From Mobula birostris (lineage: Eukaryota): a stretch of DNA of 64,000 nucleotides. The stretch is from NCBI RefSeq assembly GCF_030028105.1, contig NC_092394.1, forward strand, positions 16,283,939-16,347,938, written 5' to 3'. Below are positions 57,001 through 64,000 of the stretch, in pieces (positions within the stretch are counted from its first letter, which is position 1; every line of letters begins with the position of its first letter). Both the position numbers and the translations under genes were made by a program. Under the pieces are notes generated by a model that saw only the letters and a list, made by a program, of their open reading frames with translations, had not been told where the DNA came from and ran no database searches.

Positions 57001-60000
57001 TATATGTTATAATATGTGGTCTTGTTAGTTTTTCAGCCTTGGTCTGTCCTGTGTTTCTGTGATATCACACCGAAGGAATATTGTATCATTTCTTAATGTA
57101 TGCATTACTAAATGACAATAAAAGAGGACTGCGTGTCTTCATAATCTAATCCAATAATCTAATCTAACTACACACATCAAAGTTGCTGGTGAACGCAGCA
57201 GGCCAGGCAGCACCTCTAGGAAGAGGTACAGTCGACGTTTCGGGCCGAGACACTTCGTCAGGACTAACTGAAGGAAGAGTTAGTAAGAGATTTGAAAGTG
57301 GGAGGGGGAGGAGGAGATACAAAATGATAGGAGAAGACAGGAGGGGGAGGGATGGAGCCAAGAGCTGGACTGGTGATTGGCAAAGGGGATATGAGAGGAT
57401 CATGGGACAGAAGGTCCGGGGAGAAAGACAAGGTGGGGGGGAACCCAGAGGATGGGCAAGGGGTATAGTCAGAGGGACAGAGGGAGAAAAAGGAGAGCGA
57501 GAGAAAGAATGTGTGTATAAAAATAAATAACAGATGGGGTACGAGGGGGAGGTGGGGCATTAGCGGAAGTTGGAGAAGTCGATGTTCATGCCATCAGGTT
57601 GGAGGCTACCCAGATGGAATATAAGGTGTTGTTCCTCCAACCTGAGTGTGGCTTCATCTTTACAGTAGAGGGGGCCGTGGATAGACATGTCAGAATGGGA
57701 ATGGGATGTGGAATTAAAATGTGTGGCCACTGGGAGATCCTGCTTTCTCTGGCGGACAGAGCATAGGTGTTCAGTAAAGCGGTCTCCCAGTCTGCGCCGG
57801 GTCTTGCCAATATATAGAAGGCCACACCGGGAGCACCGGATGCAGTATATCACCCCAGCCGACTCACAGGTGAAGTGTCGCCTCACCTGGAAGGACTGTT
57901 TGGGGCCCTGAATGGTGGTAAGGGAGGAAGTGTAAGGGCATGTGTAGCACTTGTTCCGCTTACAAGGATAAGTGCCAGGAGGGAGATCAGTGGGGAGGGA
58001 TGGGGGGGACGAATGGACAAGGGAGTCGCGTAGGGAGCGAACCCTGCGGAAAGTGGGGGGGGGGGGGAGGGAAAGATGCGCTTAGTGGTGGGATCCCGTT
58101 GGAGATGGCGGAAGTTACGGAGAATAATATGTTGGACCCGGAGGCTGGTGGGGTGGCAGGTGAGGACCAGGGGAACCCTATTACTAGTGGGGTGGCGGAA
58201 GGATGGAGTGAGAGCAGATGTACGTGAAATGGGGGAGATGCGTTTGAGAGCAGAGTTGATAGTGGAGGAAGGGAAGCCCCTTTCTTTAAAAAAGGACATC
58301 TCCCTCGTCCTGGAATGAAAAGCCTCATCCTGAGAGCAGATGCGGCAGAGACGGAGGAATTGCGAGAAGGGGATGGCATTTTTGCAAGAGACAGGGTGAG
58401 AAGAGGAATAGTCCAGATAGCTGTGAGAGTCAGTAGGCTTATAGTAGACATCAGTGGATAAGCTGTCTCCAGAGACAGAGACAGAAAGATTTAGAAAGGG
58501 GAGGGAGGTGTCAGAAATGGACCAGGTAAACTTGAGGGCAGGGTGAAAGTTGGAGGCAAAGTTAATAAAGTCAACGAGCTCAGCATGCGTGCAGGAAGCA
58601 GCGCCAATGCAGTCGTCGATGTAGCGAAGGAAAAGTGCGGGACAGATACCAGAATAGGCACGGAACAGATTGTTCCACAAAGCCAACAAATAGGCAGGCA
58701 TAGCTAGGACCCATACGGGTGCCCATAGCTATACCTTTAGTTTGGAGGAAGTGGGAGGAGCTAAAGGAGAAATTATTAAGAGTAAGGACTAATTCCCGGC
58801 CTGCTGCGTTCACCAGCAACTTTGATGTGTTGCTTGAATTTCCAGCATCTGCAGAATTCCTGTTGTTTGCATCTAATCTAACTTCTTTGTCAGTAGGTTT
58901 TCTCAACATCACTAGTAAGCACTGCTCTTCAATCTTCCTCTGGAATATCTAGGTCATTAAATCAATTAAATTCAATACTTGAAGTAACCTGCAGGAAGCT
59001 TTGTCCGTTCCATGGCCAGTCTGGTTCGACTCACTAGACCTGCTTGAGGTGTAATTGTCTCCTTCACTTTGCTGAGTGCCTTCTGCAATTCAGAAATTTG
59101 ACAACATATTAGATACACTTCAGAAGACACCTCAAATTCAAAGTACATTTATTATCAAAGTATGTATATATTATACAACCTTGAGATTAATCTCTTTACA
59201 TCCAGCCACAAAACAAAGAAACCCCAAAAGAACTCATTTTAAAAAAAGACCGGCAAACATCCAATATGCGGAAAGAAAGAAAAATAAATCATGCAAGCAA
59301 TAAAAGTAGCGCTCAGAACTGAAGTTTTACGAAGACACAAAGCCAGGCATCACCGCAGCCAGAGCAGGCCAGAACCCCAGTTCAGTTCAGAGCAGAGCTG
59401 AGTAAACATATTGAGACCACAGATGTGAGACCAGGCATTAGTGTAGCCGGGAGCAGACCACAGCCCCAGTTCAGAGCAGAGCAGTGCTGAGTAAACATTG
59501 TGAGGCCAGGCATTAGTGCAGTCGAAGCAGGCCACAGCCTCACATCTCTTCTCCCATGTTCAAATTAAAATGTCAGTTATTGCAATATGCAAAACCTTAC
59601 ATTTCCAACACTATTAATTAAATGTTTCTTTGACTTGTTGCACTTAATGCCGGTCTCTGCTTCATTCACTGGCAATGGCCAAGTACAGTCAATTTTCCTG
59701 AAGGAAACCAAGTCTATAATTGCCTATTAGAGGTATCGTAATAGACAAAAGTAACAATAGTGAATTATTTGTTACTATAATACAAACGCCTTGAAAGCAT
59801 TCTTCTGCTGCCAATTAGCCAACATATATCATTGAAACAACATCACTGCAACAGATTGTCAGGTCGTTCACCTCAATGTTATTTGTGGGATCTTCCTATA
59901 CAATTGTAGCACAGTTAGTAGAGCTGCATTCAAAGATGATTTCTGGACTGAATGGCCACTGTAAATTGTCCCTTCTGTAAGTAAGTGGTAAAACTGATGA

Positions 60001-62765
60001 GAATGAGAGAACTAATTAAAGGGAAAATTAGTAGGAAAGCAGAGTTGCTCTGAGAACTGACAGCTTTGATGGACAGAATGGCTTTCTTCTCTGTTGTAAC
60101 GAAATACAAAGCATGTTGGTTGCAGCATTTCCCAAATTCCCTGAACTGACATTTCAGAATTGTGGGACTTCACAGGCAGCAAATGTGTTTATGATCTCAA
60201 TGTGCTGTATGAATAAAAGTTAATGATATCATTTTCTTTCCTTGGATGATACAGCCTAATCCAACTCTGGGCAGTTCTAGCCACCTCAAGGTACAGAATT
60301 AACAGAATATTCAGCCATGGTTCAAGCTCACAATAAATGGCCATGGAAGAATACATGGACAGATTATGAGAATGGTCAAGAAAGTAGCCAATGAAATACA
60401 TTGTAGGGAAATACACTTTGATAGTAGAGATACATGTGCAGACTAGAACAGTCTACACACCTTGCATTAGAAAATGGATAGGAAGTCAATAGAATGAAAG
60501 TACATACACTTATTATCACGTGGGACATGATTATCTTGGGTTGTAAAATCCTCTTACAACCTGCCCAGATTTTACATGAAGGTTTCAATAAAGGAAAGAT
60601 ACTGAAAAGCAGATGCCTGTAATAGCAACATCCAATAAGACAATGAAAACATTGAGAATAGAGAAACTGGTAAAAAAAAAATCATTTGCAGATTCAATAA
60701 AGTGAGTACATCACAACTTTTAACAAACATTGGAGAAGATAATCTAGAGCAAGATCTGATTTCCATAAGTGATCAAATCATGAACTACTGACTTTCAGTT
60801 TTTTGTTGTATAATCAGAAGGGCGGAGAACCTAATTTCTAAGAAAAAAAAGCTGAAGATGAGATACAGTGGAAAGTGCCAAAGCCAACCACAAGCAAAAA
60901 TATATAATTCAAATGCAGCTTTTACATTTTTTAAAGCAATAAAGGTAAATAATGACCGCAGAACTGGAAGTCAGCCAGTACCTAGGAAAGCACAGCTCAG
61001 CAAATTGACAATGTCCTTGGGGATAAAATGTCTTGTTGCTAACAAGGATATGAAAAATAACAACAGGAGCAGGTCAGTCAACCATTCTAACCTGCTCAGT
61101 CATCCTTATCATGCTTGATCCAATTTTGGCTGCAGCACCTCTTTTCTGTTCTTGCTCCACACTGCTTGTCTATCTTGTACCGTAAACATGTCAGTTTCCA
61201 CCTTGGCTATGCTCAATGACTTTCCAGAACTCTCTTGGATAGAGAAGTCCAAAAATTTGTAATAATGGAATTGGGAAGAGGGTATATGAAAGGAAAACAT
61301 TTTTGTCTGTAGCCTTCAATAGGGTGTCACACATAAGTTTATTACACAAAATTAAGAGTACAATCAGACTGTGCTTAACATAATTTTACGTATTGAGGAT
61401 TAGCTAACAGATAGAAAACAGTGCAGGGGTAAACAGGTCATTTGAAATGAAAGAGATGATTGGTAGCTCAGGTTGGCTGCTTGTCAGTAGGGCTGTTAAC
61501 CAAGCCTGGAGGTGCGCCTTAACCTTCAGGCTCAGTGAACAACCCTACAAATTAAACAGGTCATTTTTGCATTGGAAGGCTCCAGATGTTCCTAAATCTA
61601 TGACATAATTTAGGTGATAGTACCCTGTGTAGTGGTGGTGGAGAGGGGTGTATGGATGACAGAGGGGTTTCTGACAAAGAATGGGAGTAGATGTGAACTA
61701 AAGTGACAAACGGGGTCAGTGTAAATGGGCAAAGGTTGGTTGTAAATGGGGTGAGGTGAAGGCATTGTTTCTGTGCTAAACAACTGAATGAAAACATTAG
61801 CTACTCAAGGCTAATTGAAGGAAGAATTCCCTCAGAGGGTAGGGGACCTTTGAATTCCTTTCCCCAGAAGTATTTTTGGGGATTTTTAAAAAACCGAATG
61901 TAGTTAATATCTGGCAAATCCCACTTTACAGACTTCAGCACCCAGCAGTTTCAATTAACCAGTCTTTCCACCTTGTATCAAACCTGGACTTTTTCTCGTA
62001 ACAGTTCACCATCTTGTTACATTAACGGCATTTCCTCCTTCTCCACAGACCCTATTCAACCAGTTGTACACTTCCAGCAAGAAAGCACTTGCCTTAACAT
62101 GTTATAGCTATCATTCCTAATGTGGACAAACAGAAGTTCTCTTTGATAGGAAAGTGTTGTATTTTTTAAAGGCGAGTTTAAGAGCTGTTGGTATTTAAAG
62201 AGGCTTAGATATTTGTTCGTTTTTCGCGCGTTCGGGTATTTGATGCTTTCTTGGACGGTGTTTTGTTTCGTGGCTGCCTGCGGGAGGACGAATCTCAAGA
62301 GTTGTACTCCATATACAAACTGTCATAATAAATATACTTTGAATCTGTGTAAATGAATCAAAGCTGATGTAGAGTGAGCAATTAGGAAGGAAAACAGCAC
62401 GCTGACCATGGCTGTAAAATTATTTAAGCGCTAGAATAAAGATATCCTACTTCAATTACATAGGGTTTTTTGTAAAACTGCGCTTGCATTATTGCATCCC
62501 GATGGACAGCACTCTCCTATCCGTCCTCCCAATAACCGACTAGAAACCTCCGCCTCAGAGACATCCCATATTTTGAAAGGAAGGCCGCAGGCGGCCTGGC
62601 GGAGAGAGCATCACCGGGTAAAGTGCATGTACCGGGCTCACTGCTGAACTCGAGCTCCGCAGCCAACAACTCTGCGTCGCTCATCTCCGGCACCACCGCC
62701 GTTCCATCCCCATCACTGTTCCGTCCGCCGGCTTCCGGCTCCATCCGTTCCGCGTCCAAGTTCAT
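47591..62765 (-). CDS. EXO5: Exonuclease V (Fe-S cluster, PD-(D/E)xK single-strand DNA exonuclease), 6 coding exons, about 412 aa
   Basis: join(complement 62633-62765, 58989-59082, 55291-55556, 51133-51237, 50146-50318, 47591-48058) = 1239 nt, open, GT-AG, phases 1,2,1,1,0. Motifs KYLSVTDL...[33 protein letters not shown]...[24 protein letters not shown]. Exons 1 and 2 are less certain. Confidence 0.92.
49680..49935 (+). mobile_element. LINE-type 3' UTR fragment with (ATCTA)n tail
   Basis: AAATGACAATAAACGAGGACTGAGTGTCCTCATAATCTAATCTAATCTAG; homologous copy at about 56870-57169. Confidence 0.7.
50146..50318 (-). CDS. EXO5: EXO5 coding exon 5 (nuclease active-site motifs)
   Basis: [41 protein letters not shown]...HHLQ; acceptor GTGTTGTACAG, donor CAA|GTGAGT. 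Confidence 0.95.
50492..50925 (-). mobile_element. Non-autonomous RTE-derived element (second copy)
   Basis: Colinear with 1543-1911; direct repeat CTGAAGG at 50485-50491 and 50926-50932; 3' end CATAACGGGCTGTAAATAAGT. Confidence 0.7.
51133..51237 (-). CDS. EXO5: EXO5 coding exon 4
   Basis: [35 protein letters not shown]; acceptor TTTTTCTTTAG, donor G|GTATGT; 105 nt; missed by the ORF track. Confidence 0.92.
51676..53449 (+). mobile_element. hAT (Charlie/ZBED5-8-like) transposon, internally deleted
   Basis: ORF 52499..53044 (EASY...[28 protein letters not shown]...IQENFF); zinc-finger remnant PLCLVC upstream; Charlie-like end AAAAAGGTTGAGGAAGGTTG. No TSD seen. Confidence 0.85.
53450..54700 (-). 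mobile_element. Old CR1 fragments interrupted by a Penelope-like pseudo-LTR
   Basis: ORF 54384..54668 has RT-like AKFAEDK; CR1 3' UTR-like sequence at 53450-53850. Confidence 0.6.
53880..54235 (-). mobile_element. Solo Penelope-like pseudo-LTR
   Basis: Very similar to 57170-57530; possible TSD CATGTTGCT at 53871-53879 and 54236-54244; hammerhead at 53942-53978 has GAAT instead of GAAA. Confidence 0.88.
54910..55160 (-). mobile_element. V-SINE (HE1-like)
   Basis: GAAAACCAGAGCACCTGGAGGAAAC...CATACAAACTCCTTACAGGCAGCAGTGGGAATTGAACCC. Confidence 0.85.
55291..55556 (-). CDS. EXO5: EXO5 coding exon 3
   Basis: GHEQSS...[33 protein letters not shown]...TGSSIHLAR; acceptor TTTTTTTTTCCCCACAG, donor G|GTACCC; phase 2 in, phase 1 out. 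Confidence 0.93.
57170..58870 (-). mobile_element. Penelope-like retroelement (Neptune-like), 5'-truncated: RT, GIY-YIG, 3' pseudo-LTR and inverted 5' tail
   Basis: ORFs 58580..58912 ([16 protein letters not shown]), 57883..58701 (FLRYIDD), 57560..57886 ([18 protein letters not shown]...RF.EH); pseudo-LTR 57170-57530; inverted tail 58797-58870; 13-bp TSD ATCTAATCTAACT at 57157-57169 and 58871-58883. Confidence 0.95.
57229..57265 (-). ncRNA. Minimal type I hammerhead motif, sense to the EXO5 pre-mRNA
   Basis: AGTC-CTGACGA-A-GTG(TCTCGG)CCC-GAAA-CGTC-GACTG: intact core, intact self-complementary ACGT stem III and GUC site, one mismatch in stem II. Confidence 0.75.
58989..59082 (-). CDS. EXO5: EXO5 predicted coding exon 2 (Ser/Gly-rich linker)
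   Basis: 94 nt, acceptor TTTCTGAATTGCAG, donor CAG|GTTACT, open as [32 protein letters not shown]; supplies the phase 1 to phase 2 change needed between exons 1 and 3. Confidence 0.55.
59125..59540 (-). mobile_element. LINE-type 3' UTR fragment (AAAGTTCAAAGT tail family)
   Basis: CAAATTCAAAGTACATTTATTATCAAAGT...TACAACCTTGAGATT; related pieces at about 19360-19560, 31045-31170 (minus) and 62200-62345 (plus). Confidence 0.6.
62633..62765 (-). CDS. EXO5: EXO5 coding exon 1
   Basis: [14 protein letters not shown]...[18 protein letters not shown], acidic motif resembling the mammalian EXO5 N-terminus; two weak in-phase donors (GTACAT after 62633, GTGATG after 62615); second ATG at 62744. Confidence 0.65.
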
Positions 62766-63134
62766 CACTAATGGAGACACCCGTTTATATTTACATATAT
62801 ATATATAGGAATATCGGACTCTCTGTGTCAACTCTCCTTTATTGCCTCCCCGGCTCTCAGCATAACAAGAATAAAATACGTAACAGGGAATCTCCCAACA
62901 CGGTAAAGGAGCTCTTACACAAGCCCCTGTGTTGTCGCGGAGTGATACTTGACCTGTGAAATTTTAAAAAAGTAAAAACGTTAAACCAAAAATAAATAAA
63001 CTATAGGCGTTATTGTAAATAAGAGTTAAGTATCATACGTTCGCTCTTCACTGGTCTTTAATCGTTATTTGATCTTTAACTTTTGGACTTTTTTCTGCGC
63101 AGGTGCTTTGCTGTTGGGGAGAGAGTAGAGAGGC

Positions 63135-63148
63135 GTCGCCATGGTAAC
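63135..63148. promoter_or_regulatory. RFX X-box in the bidirectional promoter
   Basis: GTCGCCATGGTAAC fits GTNRCC(N0-3)RGYAAC; CpG-rich region between two divergent ATGs; tandem ETS-like CAGGAAGCAGGAAGT at 63352-63366. Confidence 0.6.
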
Positions 63149-63532
63149 GCGTCACTCGGCGCGTCGGTGCAGCTTGTGCATTGGGATGGAGGGAGAAAGG
63201 AAATTTTTACCACAGAGGAGGATAAAATTATTAACTAAACCGCAAATGAAATAGTAATGAACAGCCTGTCATCGATCCCCTTGCTCTGCATTTAAGATCA
63301 GAGCAAACTAGATCATATTGCATGAAATGTAAAAGTCGGGCGATCGAAATCCAGGAAGCAGGAAGTTTTAACGAAAGTTAAATTACTGTTAGACTTCAAG
63401 GGTCGGCCAACGTGCACGCACGCATTTTCTTATTTACCCACAGATCTAGAAGACGTTTGTTGTTCTGGCAACTTATAAAACTTCCAAAACTAAACCGATG
63501 CTACGGCGTGGGTTAAGAAAAGCTGCGAGCTG

Positions 63533-63710
63533 ATGATGGAAGACAATACACCGGCCAGCGGGCACAAGGCAAAGTCAGCCGCGAAGTTCACTGGTGATTC
63601 GGCAGTAAAGAAGAAAATCAAGAAAAAGGGTGTGAAAGAAAAAAAGAATTCCCGCAAAACAAGGAGAAGCTCTTCAAGTACGCCATTAACCTCAGCTGAA
63701 ACAGTAATGG
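63533..63710 (+). CDS. First coding exon of an unidentified gene with a Lys-rich N-terminus
   Basis: MMEDNTPASGHKAKSAAKFTGDSAVKKKIKKKGVKEKKNSRKTRRSSSSTPLTSAETVM, donor G|GTAGGA at 63711; possible acceptor TTTCTTATTTACCCACAG ending at 63443; non-repetitive, CpG-rich context. Confidence 0.55.
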
Positions 63711-63960
63711 GTAGGATAAATAACCATTGAATAGGGATATCAATTCCCCTTCCCCCCAACACTCACATTCCACTCGTCCCAACCGTGGTTAAGGTAATCT
63801 GCTATTGAAACTATTTGTTACTGTAGAAGTATATATTCTAATCTATAATGTACTCTTGTAAGTGGTTTCCTATAATGTTTTACTTTCTCTAAGCTTATGG
63901 TCTAAATCTCCTACTTACACCAACTAACTTGTACCAAATCTCATTACACCATCTCGGCCC

Positions 63961-64000
63961 AAAACATCGACTGTACCTCTTCCTAGAGATGCTGCCTGGC
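63961..64000 (+). mobile_element. Penelope-like pseudo-LTR fragment, cut by the window end
   Basis: AAAACATCGACTGTACCTCTTCCTAGAGATGCTGCCTGGC matches the hammerhead 3' strand and tail of the 7352-7496 arm. Confidence 0.8.

Noticed and set aside
11080-59999. Isolated CTGATGA heptamers (11080, 27301, 49181, 59994) as hammerhead cores
   Set aside because: No stem II plus GAAA and no stem I pairing nearby.
63141-63149. GCCATG|GTAAC as a start codon followed directly by a splice donor
   Set aside because: Splicing to the acceptor at 63443 gives ATG ATC TAG, an immediate stop; the sequence is better explained as an X-box.
1-64000. CRISPR arrays, rRNA or tRNA genes, intact viral or bacterial insertions
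   Set aside because: None seen; tRNA-like boxes occur only as SINE heads, and all long ORFs are explained by the two genes or by transposons.

Overview
Vertebrate genomic DNA, very probably a cartilaginous fish (inferred from HE1/V-SINE-like and DeuSINE-like SINEs, abundant CR1, Rex1/Babar and Penelope-like elements). No prokaryotic features or CRISPR arrays. Two complete minus-strand genes could be rebuilt exon by exon with consistent GT-AG phases: (1) an 8-exon, 431-aa tapasin-family type I membrane protein (40104 to 11325) with an ISRE just upstream of its ATG, and (2) a 6-coding-exon exonuclease V (EXO5, about 412 aa, 62765 to 47591). A third, unidentified plus-strand gene starts head-to-head with EXO5 (Lys-rich first coding exon 63533-63710), with an RFX X-box in the shared promoter. 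The rest is mostly nested mobile DNA: CR1, Rex1/Babar and L1 LINEs, Tc1 and hAT transposons, V-SINEs, DeuSINEs, RTE-derived elements with only the 5' and 3' ends, and many Penelope-like remnants. The two most interesting signals are: (a) the tapasin-family protein is a mosaic, with a tapasin-like 8-exon layout and KKxx tail but no TAP-binding transmembrane Lys, no free Cys and a TAPBPR-length editing loop, and a 17-nt micro-exon whose skipping would remove the ER-retrieval signal; (b) about a dozen minimal type I hammerhead ribozyme motifs from two Penelope-like families, repeatedly arranged as head-to-head palindromes, several sense to the host pre-mRNAs. Repeat boundaries were read by eye and are approximate. 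Comparisons with human proteins and with repeat-family consensuses are from memory and need alignment.
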